Shown here one piece after another: positions 14,400-32,719 of a stretch of 64,000 nucleotides of DNA (position 1 is its first letter; every line of letters begins with the position of its first letter). The notes beneath the pieces are model-generated. The model was not told the DNA's origin. It did no database searches and was given only the letters and a program-made list of their open reading frames with translations. Both the position numbers and the translations under genes were made by a program. Origin of the DNA: Camelus ferus (taxonomy: Eukaryota); NCBI RefSeq assembly GCF_009834535.1, contig NC_045696.1, positions 85,252,001 through 85,316,000 on the forward strand, given 5' to 3'.

Positions 14400-14790
14400 T
14401 TTCTGAAAAATAAAGTCAAGCGTTATTGATTTTGAAATAACAATTAAAGATATGGGAAACATCAGCAGTAAAAGATAATCTGAAGGTTCTGGATTGACTT
14501 AGACTCCTGATGTTAAGAAATGGAGGGATTCCCAGCAGAAGAAATATTAGGTAAAGGCAAGGAGGTGAAATAGAGGAGGGAAGACCAAGGAACTGTCCCT
14601 GATTCCTGTTGGCTGGCCCAGGAAGAAAATACCTGAAAGTAAGCTTGGAAATGTCATTGGCACCATGTTCACTGACCTTTGTCTGAGCCCACTGGGGAAT
14701 GACTGAAAGATCTTTAAGCAGTGGACAGATCTATAAGAAGGTGGGATCAACTTAAAAAATGAGACTGAAGGCAGTGTCCTCGAGTAATGA
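14400..14790 (-). mobile_element. L2 fragment
   Basis: Purine-rich antisense L2 text (gtcattggcaccatgttcactgac). Confidence 0.45.
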
Positions 14791-15198
14791 GGTTATTACA
14801 TAATAAGGAGATTTGTAATTAAGCACAGGTTTAAGTGAGAAGAAAATATTAGTATTTTAAAATAGAATATATTTATATATTTTTCTCCCTGTATGTTAAA
14901 TAGAAATGTGTATAAAAAGTTCTTTAAATTTTAATTTTTACAATTTAAACTAACATAGTGCTTCAAGGCACTGAAAGCATTCAACCCTATTCATATGTAC
15001 TTGACATCATCAAACAAACCCACAATTTTTCTGACTGTGTCCACAGTTTTCTGATATTTTAAAAGCTTTTATTGGTTTTTATTTATTTAGTTAGTTAGTT
15101 TACATATATGTACTAATTATTGTTTCTAAGAACAGATTGGATCTTTAGCTTTTTAAACTTACATAGTTACAAAAACAATAAAGCTGGCGCCTGCTGCC

Positions 15199-15238
15199 AT
15201 CTATGGCCATACCACCCTGAACGTGCCCAATCTCGTCT
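15199..15238 (+). pseudogene. 5S rRNA 5' fragment (first ~40 nt)
   Basis: atctatggccataccaccctgaacgtgcccaatctcgtct versus mammalian 5S GTCTACGGCCATACCACCCTGAACGCGCCCGATCTCGTCT. The four differences are all transitions typical of CpG decay. The internal A/IE/C promoter boxes are absent. Confidence 0.9.
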
Positions 15239-15316
15239 TATTGGTTTTTGAGAACAATATTTTTTAATCTAATAGTGATTTTAGTAGGACTATAATGTCT
15301 CTCTTTAATTTTTCAG

Positions 15317-15483
15317 AAATCCAAATGGGACCCAGAACAATAGTACTAGATGGCCTCTCTTCAAAAGCCCTGAACAGAAATATTTAACCTTGAATACAGA
15401 GTCACCAAAAGTGTACACTAAACTACGTGCTCAACAATGCAGATTCTGGACACTCTTTTTTCCCAAAGTCTTGGAAATGACAG
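15317..15483 (+). CDS. BCHE: Butyrylcholinesterase exon 3 (167 bp, internal coding exon)
   Basis: Acceptor tttttcag| and donor ACAG|gtgtgt. Translates as (G)[55 protein letters not shown], matching mammalian BChE residues ~479-533 (mature numbering), including sequons NGT/NNS/NST and Cys519. Length matches the known 167 bp exon. Confidence 0.97.
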
Positions 15484-21347
<5,864 letters not shown>

Positions 21348-21820
21348 TTAATAGATTTACCCTTTCTAGAATGTTCATTTTCCTGTAGATTAAGGGAAAA
21401 ATTTCAGGGACTCTCTTACACTCCTCGTAAGAAAGCTATTATGTGGCTGAAACGAAAATGCCAGAAGGATAGTATCGATTCCTCAGATCTTTCACTTAGT
21501 ACCTTACCTAGCATTTCACAACTCAAGTGGCTAGAACAAGTTTAATTAAATTTTACATTATAAAGTTCAGGAATTAATTATATGGATATTAAAACAACTT
21601 GCAGCTTCAAACTCTCTTTCCTGAATAACTTTAAAAATTCTTTTCCCTTAAAAAGTATATTCTGTTTTCAGTCTCAAGTTTATTTTCATAACCACTCATA
21701 AAAGGCATCTTTTTAAAATGGATAAGGTCTTGAAACATTAGAGGCTGTAATTAATACTATTTTCTTTAATTAATTTATGCATTTAATGTCAATATGATAC
21801 ATTAACACAAACAGAAAATA
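21348..21820 (+). other. BCHE: BCHE 3' UTR (3' end approximate)
   Basis: Follows the stop codon and is AU-rich. ATTAAA at 21545-21550 and 21588-21593. The end is estimated from recalled similarity to the human mRNA 3' end (tgtcaatatga...cagaaaat). Confidence 0.6.
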
Positions 21821-22977
21821 CTTGGTCCCTTTGGTTTTTTTACGTAAAGGCAGGAGAGAATCTTAAAATAAGAGGCCAGGTCACTTGGAAACACCTTAAG
21901 ATAGAAACCAAATGCCACTACCAAGAGACAAAATGTAAAAGAATATAAATAGTTATGTTCTGTATTTTTTAAAATATGTATGCTTAGAGTCCTCAAATTA
22001 TATTCCTCATTCTTCAACTCTTTTCTTCCTCACTAGCTCTCTCCAAACATGTTCATATGTAAATTATTCTTCTTGTAACTAAAAAATTTTTTTAAAATGT
22101 GGATGAGCAGAAGTCTACATTGAACAATTTCAGAAATCATGTACCATCTGGAATAAGGGAACCCTAGGCTGGACCTAGAAATGTTAGGATTTTACTAGAG
22201 AAATTGTTCAACAGGAGGGTAAAAAAAAAAAAGGTTTTACTTTCTGCGGACAAATGATATTGTTTTAATAATTTAAAAAGTTAGAAAGTTGCACTTACTA
22301 CCTTGCATGGCAAGGGAACACACCCAGTGAATAAATCACTAAGTCATTCACTAAACAGGAGAAACCAGGGAATTTCAAGTTCTAGGAAAGGGCAGTATTT
22401 GCTGACTCTGCTAATGAAGACTAGCAGTCAGGACCGGCTAAAGTGAGCCTACAGGTCTGTAAAATGTTGGTTAAACCAAGTCTCATTGTTCATTGGTCAT
22501 AATGTCTATAGTTAGATCCAATATGAGTCTGCCATCCTCACTCAAACTGTCACTCAAAGATGGTCATATGATGATCAAATGGTCATCTAATCAAATATTA
22601 AAAAGCAATGTAAGAGATAAAATGTACTTTATAAATATAAATAGAATATGTCTTTATTAAATATAGAGATATAATTTTAATTAATATATAAACCTCTAAC
22701 ATACAATATATTAATACATTAAATCAGTTATGATAAAACACAATAGTCATTTTGATATGCTTCTGCTGTAATTGGAAAACATTTTATTTACAAATTAATT
22801 GAAGGGACACATAATATTGTCATAACTGAGTGAGAAATATTTTCAGTCAAAATTTGGGAAAAGTATTACAGGTTTGCAGGGGACAGAAAATGTAAAACCT
22901 TTATATAGCCACACCACAAGTCTAATACTATATCCAAATGTGAACAACATCTAAGATTCACAACTTTTCTGGAAAGC

Positions 22978-23040
22978 AAAGAAGAAAGAAGGAAGGAAGG
23001 AACAGAGGAAGGAAGGAAGGGGAAAAGAGAAATGAAGAAA
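22978..23040. repeat. (GGAA)n-like purine tract
   Basis: Read directly from the sequence. Confidence 0.85.
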
Positions 23041-23729
23041 TTTCCTTATTCAATTATTCCTGTTTCGTGAGTTTGATTTTCCTTGCTCTGTCTCATCCCT
23101 GGTCTGAAATCTCACCATTAGAATTATCAGCTCTTGAGAAATAGAAGGGATATAGTGGTTTTAGAAGTGACTGCTAACACAAATAACCATACACATGCAG
23201 TGCAGAAACTCATTTATCTCACCAAAAGAAAGCTGGTTTCTTCTCCAGACATTGCCCATTTTCTTAGCCTACTTTAATTCTTTATGGTACCTTGAAGGGT
23301 GAAAAAACCCCTGAATTTCCAAAGCAATTAACTGTCAATGCCTTGATATTGTGAGATTCATCGCTGGATCCCCTGTGGGAACTGCTTGCACATTGCCATC
23401 GCACGGTGTAGGTGCTTGTTGATTGAGTGAATGAAAGGGAGGATGAGAGAAGCAGAGTTCAGGTCCACTATGTAGCTGGAAAATAGCATTCTGAATCTTT
23501 AGGGAGCCAGGAAGAAGCGTGGAAAAAAGAAGTGTAAGCATGGAAGAAAAAGAGTAGAGGTGAGGAGGAGGAGGAGAGCCACTACTGCTGCCACCTGTGG
23601 AGTTGGAATTGAGTTTATCCACATGGGCTATCCTAGGTACTTGAGAGTTTCAGGGCAGAAACGGTGATGAGATAGGGAACTGCAGATATATATGTAGTAG
23701 AAAATTTCACATTGATATATGGGTATTTA

Positions 23730-24105
23730 GCTCCATGATTCTCAACTTTCAACCTTGACTACACATTAGAATCTCTTGAGTAGAACCTGGACATCAGGAA
23801 TTTTAAGTTTCCCTAGTGATTCTGATTTCCACAAGTTGGGATGCACTGGTCCATTTTTCTATGATAGCACTGTTTGTCTTCACAGGTTTAAGGACAATAC
23901 TATCCCTAGAGAAGAAACTGTAGATCAATAGTTTCCAAACATGATTAAGTATTAGAATTACCTGGGAAGTTATTAAAAATTCCAGCATCCGTGCCACACC
24001 CCATACCAACTAAATCACAGTGTGAGCGTGTGAGCCAGGAATGGGTATTTCTTAATGATCTCTGATTATACCAATGTACAGCAAAGTTTGGAGACTAATG
24101 ACCCA
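23730..24105. mobile_element. Two MER5-like hAT DNA transposon fragments
   Basis: ttctcaactt...cacattagaatc and attagaattacctgggaagttattaaaaattccag...caaagtttggagactaatg. Confidence 0.6.
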
Positions 24106-24967
24106 TTCTAGATGGTTAAAGAACTGGGAGGATATTCATACTGTTTTAATACTTACAATCAGGTAACTATAAAATTTGCAATTTTATGTGAGAAAAAAAT
24201 GTACTTGTTACTGATATCTGAGGACCTCATTATTTTTCTCTGAACAAGGAACTGTAAACAGAGATTTCTGAATGTATAGAATAAACTTGGCATGCATACT
24301 TTTTCCCAAAGACCTCCATACTAGAAGGTCAACTTTTCAGGATATTATTTTTACCATAAGTATACGCTTTGGGAGAAAATGTTTGAAAAATAAGAAAGAG
24401 TACATGAAATATATATATATAATGTTTTACAGTAGTTTATATAACTTCAGTTATTACAGAAGATCATTGTTTGCTTTGAGTTAACCCAGAATTTGCTCAA
24501 TTGACAATAATTGATAATAGTAATACAGATTCAAGATAAGGAATCAGAATTTTAATTCGCATTTTCCATTGCACTTTTTATGTAAAAATTGACTGTCTTG
24601 TGAGCTCTCAAAAATATGCACAAGTAACCATTCTTGCCAGGCTCATAAAGAGATGTTGTTAGGATTAATTACTTAATGATGATTAAACTAGGTAGGTTAG
24701 TACTCAGAGTTGTTTTTCTCCTTAGAAGAATTAGCAGAAGTCTTTTGCTTGAGGCAATTACTGAATTACCTTGTTTTTCTGAAGTGAGACCTTCCATTCT
24801 GTTTTAATTGTTTCTGATTCCCTTCAATGGTTCAGGAAGAAAAAGGGAGGAAAAAAAAAAAAAAAAAAGAACAACTTACCAAAGAAGTCTGTGGAGAATA
24901 AACTATGAAAATATATTTAACAACGTTAAGCATTCTAAAATCCTTGAAATGAATATTCCAAGTGAAT

Positions 24968-25022
24968 GATCTATCTATCTACCTATCTATATATCTATCA
25001 CTCATCTATTTATCATCTACCT
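24968..25022. repeat. Degenerate (TATC)n repeat
   Basis: gatctatctatctacctatctatatatctatc. Confidence 0.8.
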
Positions 25023-25094
25023 AGGATAGCCACTCCCAGTTTTAGTCAAAGAGGGATAAAAATCAGAGTAATGTTACTAGTATAGCTAATACAA

Positions 25095-25677
25095 TGTGGA
25101 ATATAAACTCAAAGTCATTGCTTTGACCAAGTTAGCCTTAATGTTACTCTCAGCTTGACTAAAGTTTAGACAGATTTCTTCCTGGCTGCGGGCCTCTAAC
25201 CTCTTGTTTCTTAGAGAATTTATTTCAAAAATCTTGGATTTGTAAATTATTTCTCTGCCCCCTTTGAAATGTAAATAAATCCTCAGTCTCTTGCCAGTTT
25301 TACTACCCAGAAAATGTCTTTCTCACAGACCTGGGAACCATCATTTTAAAACTAAACATTAAAAGAGATGGTGCTTCCATCTTTCAGTCTCTATGGGAAG
25401 GGAGGAGCTGAACTTCTTTGGGAACCAATTACCAGATGGCCTAATCCCAGAAGGAAACACTGCGAACTCAGGAATAACTCTATATGCTGAACACATCCCA
25501 TTGGTCAGCCCTCCCTGAACGTCCTCCAGTACTTTTCCACTAGCACACCTCAGCACTTAACAAACCTCACATCTTCTGTTTCAGGAAGTTGGATTCAGTC
25601 TCTCCCCTATTGCAGTAGCCTTGAACAAAGTCTTTCTTGACAGTTGAACACTGTCCAGTGCAATTTTCACTTTAACA
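25095..25677 (+). mobile_element. ERV1 solo LTR, MER34-like
   Basis: TG...CA ends, with motifs ctcttgccagttttactacccagaaaatgtctttctcacagacctgggaaccatc and ctcccctattgcagtagccttgaacaaagtc. Confidence 0.75.
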
Positions 25678-27289
25678 GCCTAAACCAAAATCCAACACTT
25701 AAAATGTCTAGGGCATACTCACATTTCTACCAACTTTCTACTACTATATCAGGAAAATACAAATATTTTCGTGCAGCAAACATCCTTCAAAAGAGTATTT
25801 CTCTTACCTAGTGAAGAGGGCAGCAGAACTAGAATTTATGAAGCGCTGACTACCTATTTTTTAGTAATTTTTTTCTAATATTTTTTAGACCTTAGATGAT
25901 AATTTGAATTTTGGTGTTAACTTCAAGTTTTTGACATTTTTCATTTTTAACATTTCTTAATGTTCTATTGTATTTTTTTCTTCCCTTCTACATTAAATTT
26001 AATTTTCCATGGGCATAATGTTTTCCTGATAGAAGTGCTGTGAACAAATGGATTCTCTCATTCTCATGTAGGATTTTTTTTTTTTCTTTTTTCCCTCTTT
26101 TATCCTTTCCTCTTTCCTTTTCTTTTTCACTCATGCAAAGGAATAACTAGAGATTCATGTGCTGTGATCTAGGAGTTACTGGTGATATAAAGCATTACAT
26201 GTACATCTTTGATACAAATTTTCATTATACTCTTAGGCCTATGGGAACAAAAAATAACATTTTCCCAGGGGGATAAAAAGTGTATCATGAAGCTAATAAG
26301 TTAAACTTTAGGAATCCTCCTTGCAAGGACCCCCTTGAATGCACAGTACGCAACTGTATTTTATTTTTCTTAAAGATGATTTCCAGAAAGAGAGGAGTTT
26401 CAGGAGGCACAAAATTTGGTTTAGCTGTTATTTCTCACCACATCAATGGAAATGAGTCTCTTGGTCTATCGTCCCAAGCACAAAATAACATTTTTAGTCC
26501 AAGAGGATTCTTCCTCTCCCACTGCCTGTAAGACATTCCCCTGGTTTTCTTTAGTTGGAATGTGCTATCATTGTTTTACAACATTGTAATATGCTAATTT
26601 TGAAGTTACTATCTTTGTGCAAGGTAATAAGTGAGTGAAAAACTCAAATGCTAACATCTGCTGTGGCATTTCAATTTTAAACCAAATGTGTGTATAATAT
26701 TCTCTTTGGTAAGTGAATTAACATTTTCACATAACCATGAAAGATAAAATTTTAATAATCTCCCTTGGAGTTGTCTCTTTGAAGTCATGTGCAAAATATT
26801 AAGTGAGAAGGCTAACAGAATGCTATTCCTTCTTTCTTCTAAGGTTTCTGAAGTTTTCAAAGACAGAGAGTGAGCAACGTTCTCACGCTCAGTTCACCTG
26901 GTGTTACAGCCAGTTAGAGAGGCAGCAATTTACTTAGACTAGATCGAAGGCTACAAAGGAGTGCCTTAAATTCTGGAGCACCTAAAGTTCTTGGTCATTT
27001 GTTGGCACTGCTGTCTGGAATTCTACCTTTTCACGTGCATTTTTCAATGCCTGAAAAACATTCCAATTTTTTCTAAGATGTCTTTCAATCATCTTTTCAA
27101 CTTCCTTTTGACTGTCACTATCCCTTGGAAGAACAATAATTTGAACTGTTATATGCTCATGCCTTAATGAAAAGTGTTTGATTTATCACATTATATCATC
27201 ACTCAAAGGCATGTCAATTTCAGTAAAGTGAGTCTGGCTTGGATCTCATCTAAAGAAATTCAGTAGTGGAATGTTTTGGGACATTGTCT

Positions 27290-27990
27290 CAATTAAGTTC
27301 AGGCAAAAGGAACATATGAGAAGCCCTGGGGAAATCTCACTTACTGTGTTTAGGAACAGGTAGGAGGCCTAAGCTGCTGGAGGAGATCGGGGAGTGGTAG
27401 GGGATGAGGTCAGGAAGTGAGGAGAGGGGCAGATCGGAAGCCATTACAGGGCTTTGAACAGATGAGTTACATAATCATACTCACATTTTATTTCAAAAGC
27501 AGCACCCTGGTCCTTTGGAGGCTAGACTATAAGAAGGCAAGAGTGGGCATAGAGGAAGTTGTTTACTCCTGGCAAGAGAGAAGAATGCCTTGAGCTAGAT
27601 ATTAGCTGTAGAGAAGTAAGAGGTATCATGTTTATTACATTTCTAAGCAATAGCCAAAGGATTTTCCAAAAAACAAACCTTGAATACAAGATTTTCTGTC
27701 TAAATAGCTGGCTGAATGGATTTATCATATCCTGAGACAAGGAAAGTTGTAGGTTCAGCAGGTCTAAATAGAAATAAGGCTTTGGTTCAGAGCATGTTAG
27801 CTTTCAGATGCACACTAGGTATCTAAGGAAGAAACAAGGAGAACACTGTTAAGTGAAAGTAGAGTTGAGGGGAGAGGTCTAGATCAGAGTTGGGGATTAG
27901 GCTGTCTCCAGCATGAAGATGGTACATGAAGCCACAGGACTGAAGATTACCTAGAGACTGAGTGTGAATCTGGACTGAGTAGAGCCAGCA
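27290..27990 (-). mobile_element. L2 LINE
   Basis: Antisense L2 text (gggatgaggtcagg, tttggttcagagcatgttagctttcagatgc, ggggagaggtctag). Confidence 0.7.
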
Positions 27991-28367
27991 GTCTAGCACT
28001 GAGACTTAATTTGATGTTTAAGTCTCTGTGCAACTATAGTGCTTTTTGCCAGATCTTTGTAAAACAACCTCCCTTATTCTCAAGTTTCTAATCGTGACTC
28101 ATCTCCCATCCATCTATAATTCAACAGAATTTTTTCTTCAGGAGAAGTAAACTAAGCCTTTTTATAGCTGAGAAAATCTTTTGATTGTCTTCACAAATAA
28201 GTGACAATTTGATTGAATCTATAATATCACCATTTAAATATATTTTCCTCAACTCCATAGTATTCTCTACAGACTGAAAGTCTAAGAGTAACTAGATTTT
28301 TGTTTCCATGCATACAATCTATTTGGATGCTTGCAAGATTTACACGTACATGCATACATACATATAA

Positions 28368-28843
28368 TTCACAGATTAAATAGTGCTACCCCCAAAGACA
28401 TCCACTTCCTAATCTCTGGAACTTGTAAATGTTGTCTTATAATGCATGAAATAATGTTGCAGAAGTGATTAAGTTGAAGATCTTGAGAGAGGCAGATATT
28501 ACTGGATTATCCACAAGAGCAACAGATGCAATCACAAGTATCCTTGTAAGAGAGAGACAGAGGGAGATTTGACAAGGAAGAGAAGGCAATGTGACTGGAG
28601 ACAGTTTGGAGAGATGTGGCCACAAGCCAAGGAATGCCAGCAGCCACCTGAAGTAGAAGAGACAAAGAATAAATTCTTCCCTGGAGACTATGGAGGGAAG
28701 ATGGCCCTGCTGACACCTTGGTTTTGATGCATTGAAATGGATTTCAAATTTCTAATGTCCAGAATTGTGAATGAATCAATTTCCATTGTTTAAGCCATCA
28801 AGTTTGTGTTAATGTATTATAGCAGCCATAAGAAACTACTACA
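28368..28843 (+). mobile_element. MaLR LTR (MLT1C/D-like)
   Basis: ccccaaagacatccacttcctaatctctggaac...gccacaagccaaggaatgccagcagcca...ttaagccatcaagtttgtg...gcagccataagaaactactaca. Confidence 0.85.
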
Positions 28844-28859
28844 TCTATGTACATATATA

Positions 28860-29400
28860 TGTATTATTTCACCAAGTTATATCTAAATATTATTTATCTA
28901 ACATAATTTTTCCTAGGTTTTCAGAGGTATTTTCAATCTTCCAGTTAGTATATATCGTTATTTGGTGAAAGTGTTCACATGTATATATTTTTGTTATTTG
29001 TGCTCTGTCTACTTTTTTCTCACCTCCTGTAGTCCTATTACACATGAGTCAGATTACCTGAATCTGTCCCACTGTAGCCTCACTTTAATTGTTTTTTATT
29101 CCTTTCCTCAGAAATACTCTAATTTGAGAAAATTTCCTTCTAGTGTTTGCTTCTCCTCCCAGGTTTGTTTTCTATATCTAATTTTATTACCATCATTATT
29201 TTCACTAAGTTTTATATTTTTTTGCATCTCATATAGTTTTACTTACTTTGACTTATTTTCTCTTCATAATTCATTGTTACAACTTCATAAGTAAAAAAAT
29301 TCATTTAATCTTTTAAAAATAAATTTTTATATATTCATAAATATTCTAAAATTTTCTTTTATTTCTGTACTAGCAGAGTTTTAAAAAGCAAGTTATCTTT
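28860..29400 (-). mobile_element. Old L1ME/HAL1-like fragment
   Basis: T-rich antisense ORF1-like text (tcctgtagtcctattacacatgagtcagattacctgaatct). Confidence 0.45.
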
Positions 29401-30699
29401 AGATATAGACATTCCTTTCAGATGAGTCATTTTCCTGTAAATCTAACACTGTATTATGTAATATAAATGTTGAAATAAATTTTGGCAGTTATAAATAAGT
29501 GGGGATTCCTGATTTAATCCTTCAGGCACCGGCACAGGAAGAGGAGACAGATTATATTTCATATAACTTGGACTTAATCAGTGGGGAAATCCAATATCTG
29601 TTAGGTTCTAAGAGGAAATTCTAGTGGAGGACTCTGCTACAGAAAGGATGCTTATCTGGGTTCCACTACAAGATGCTGCAGTAGACAGAAAACTGCCTTA
29701 GCAATGTTCTCTTTCAGTTTATTCTTCACTTTTCTTGTTGGTTTTGTTTCATGTTATTTCAGCCTTGCATGGCTATGGATGCACCAGGATTCATTCTCAG
29801 AGGTCTGTTTGTTCTGTGTCTGGCTCAGTTTTCAGCACAGAAATATGATTAGTTAAAATGGTAGAGTTCAAATGCTGCTGATCTGCACTTTTAAAGATTT
29901 TTTTATTCTAAAAAGGTAAAGGGGTTTAGGTTGCAATTACATGTGACATCAGTGCAGAAATTTCTGTGCTGGAAATAGAAGAAAAAAAGCACATCCTCAA
30001 AAACTTAAGGTAAATCAGGGTGTCAGAAATCTTTCATCGGAAACTCAGAGATGTGCCACCCAAGAATAAGTAACTCAGCTGTTGTGATATCAACTGGTGA
30101 TTACAATATTGGTACAATATTGGTATTAATTCTTCTACAGAAAAGACAAATGAAAGTGCATGTCAACACCATCAAATAGTCACAAGAACTAGAAAATTAT
30201 TTTTCCTGAATCACAGTGCTCCAGTTTTCAGTCTGAGAAGCACTTCCACCAATAATTTATTTTCATTATAATAGGTTCTATAACTCTCAGACTTACTTTA
30301 TATAATCTGCTTATATACTCATCAGTATTTAAAGCCTCCTTTTATTTTTACTGAGTTGTTTTTTTTTTTTTTTTCAATTAAGCGTCAAGAGGCATAACAC
30401 CGCTAACCCCGAGTTAGAATAAATCAACTCATTGCTTGGGCATAGTAAATTCACCCAATGCCTCTTCTTTGCATTGTTTTAAAATAGCACTGGTTGATGA
30501 AGATCAAGATAAACAAGTCAAGACCACTAAGCTAAGAGATTTTAAGTGACATAATTAAGTATCAAAATGTATTTTAAACATAAATAATACTTTATTTCAA
30601 TAATAAACTAAGGAAATAATGGCCAAATTCAATAAAGTCTTAAGAAAAATTTTTGCCTTACAAAAAATTTCTGCAAATTTTTGGTCCCAGGACTCAATT

Positions 30700-31770
30700 C
30701 TTTGAAATTAAGATACCAGCACAGGATTTACAGGAAAATGCAAGAATAACAAGAAAAAAAAAATCAGGAAAATAAAAGATGGGCAAAAAATACTCACTAG
30801 GAAAAAAATAATTTCATGGAGCAGATAAAAATTGTGACCAAACATATTGGCATTAAAATTTAAAAATATTAAAAATAAAACAAGGAATTACATAAACAAT
30901 AGTTCAAAGTAAAGATAGAAGAATTCAGGAAAGATGTGGTAGCTAACAGAGACAACACATGAGTTTGTAAAGTACAGGAAAGAAGCAGAAGGAAAAAATA
31001 CCTCAGATATAAAGCCCATATTAGGAGCAACATAGAAAAGAAAATCATAGCTGAAAACAGTGGAAATATGACAGGACTGAAAAGTAAACAAAATAAATTA
31101 AAAATTAAAAAAGAGTAAAATAAGACAAAGATGAATTGGGAAGACTGAAAAAGGAGATCCAGTACAATCAGCTTGCTAAGTATGAAAACTGAAGCAGGAG
31201 GACAAAAAGAATTGACAGTGTAATTTGGCAAAAAATATGTTAGATCAACGTTTTTTGCCTGTAAACTGAAAAAGGGCACTGTTTCTCAGGGGGAAAGGTG
31301 TTCAAGTGGTGCACATACCCTAGGACGTCTACAAAACTTTAAAAATATTCTTTATTAGAAAGACTGGGAAACTACGTAAATGTCCACTAATAAGAAAGTG
31401 TTACAGCTAATTTGGTTCATTCAAAAGATGGAATTCCATACAGCAGTCAGATGAAGGAACTCCTTATGTGCTGATGTGGAAGAATCTCTAAGGAATCAAT
31501 ATACATAATATTATAGATGTATCATGATTTTTATTTAAAATCAATGTTTGGTACATATGCTTGAATGTACATAATCTATGTTATCTCTGGAAACACATTT
31601 AAAAATATGAGAGTAAATGCCTCCCGGGAGAGAATGAGATGGCTGTGATAGAAATGTCAGCCTGAGAATTATTTTTCATGTTGTCTTTGAGTGCCTTTTA
31701 CACTTTGTAGTATGTGCATATGTTGCCTTTTCAAAACAAATAATCACATATAATTTTTAAAAGGCAGCCA
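30700..31770 (+). mobile_element. Old L1 ORF1/HAL1 remnant followed by an L1ME 3' end
   Basis: A-rich ORF1-like text, then ctgggaaactacgtaaatgtccactaata...atggaattccatacagcagt. Confidence 0.55.
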
Positions 31771-32719
31771 AACCTATTTAATTATTCTCAGGGAAAAAAA
31801 AAAATACAGCAACAAAAATAACAATGGAATACCTACACTGTTGCTTTTGACAAGCTTTGTTCTGCAATATAATGGATGATGCTAAATAATTCCATCCGAC
31901 ATGTTAATATTTTCAACTGCTTTGAGCAGCATTTTGCTGCTGACTAACGGTGGAGGACCCATGAAGGCAGTGCTATTCAAAATTTGGCAAGAGACTTACT
32001 AAAGTTCTTCAATGTCGGTGGATAACTGATAACACCTGTCCTTAACAGTTCCAGGCCAAAATGGCTCTTCCATGCTCTGTGGTGCAGAACTCTGGGATCT
32101 CAACCAAGGCATAGATTCTTTTACAGGAAAAAAAAATAGCCCATAGGACTTCTGAAATGAAAGAAACAATTTATAGACTTTAATTTCCAGGATAAAATGT
32201 TAAAATGAGCACTTACAGTTTGCTTCAGTCAATAGCAGAATGTATCAATATCCTGGGTTTTTGGAACAGATGAAGTGGATGTGAGGACTTGCCTAAAACT
32301 CAGGCCATCTCTTCTTCTTATAAAATAAAGGAAAAGAAGCATCAAAATTTGGGTACCAGTACCACATCCAGACAGAATTTCTTTGACTTTCGTGTTGTCC
32401 ATACACACTCCCTTCCTCCCTTTTTTCTGTTGCTAAGATATGAGAGGAGGTTAACAAAAAGCCCAAAGTCCTAATACTATGCCCAGGCAGGTTCTTGGTC
32501 AGATAATCAGGTCTATTTTCTGATCAAGATAAAACTACATTTTTAAAAAAATTTTCACCATTCTGGCTTCTGCAGTTTCTGAATAAAGCAAGTATGACTT
32601 GTACACATGAGACACTATAGTCGACATTTTTTGTTACACAGCAGTACATTCTCCATGAAGAAAACAGTGCATTGATTTACGTTCTGTTGCAAGTTCCTTA
32701 TTTACATTCCCAACTACTC

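Larger units (their letters stand above)
1..15316 (+). other. BCHE: BCHE intron 2 (3' portion; exons 1-2 lie upstream of the window)
   Basis: Lies upstream of the exon 3 acceptor. No BChE exon 2 coding sequence was seen in the window. Confidence 0.85.

Noticed and set aside
15199..15238. Functional 5S rRNA gene
   Set aside because: Only 40 of ~120 nt are present, with no internal control region or terminator, and CpGs have decayed.
24851..24868. Poly(A) run as a retroposon tail (similar runs at ~18731 and ~56720)
   Set aside because: No recognisable element body or TSD is adjacent, so these were treated as simple mononucleotide runs.
28962..29294. 110 aa hydrophobic ORF
   Set aside because: It falls in T-rich decayed LINE sequence, with no splice or homology support.
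30869..31279. 136 aa hydrophobic ORF resembling a membrane protein
   Set aside because: It is the antisense reading of an A-rich L1/HAL1 remnant. The Phe/Leu richness is compositional.
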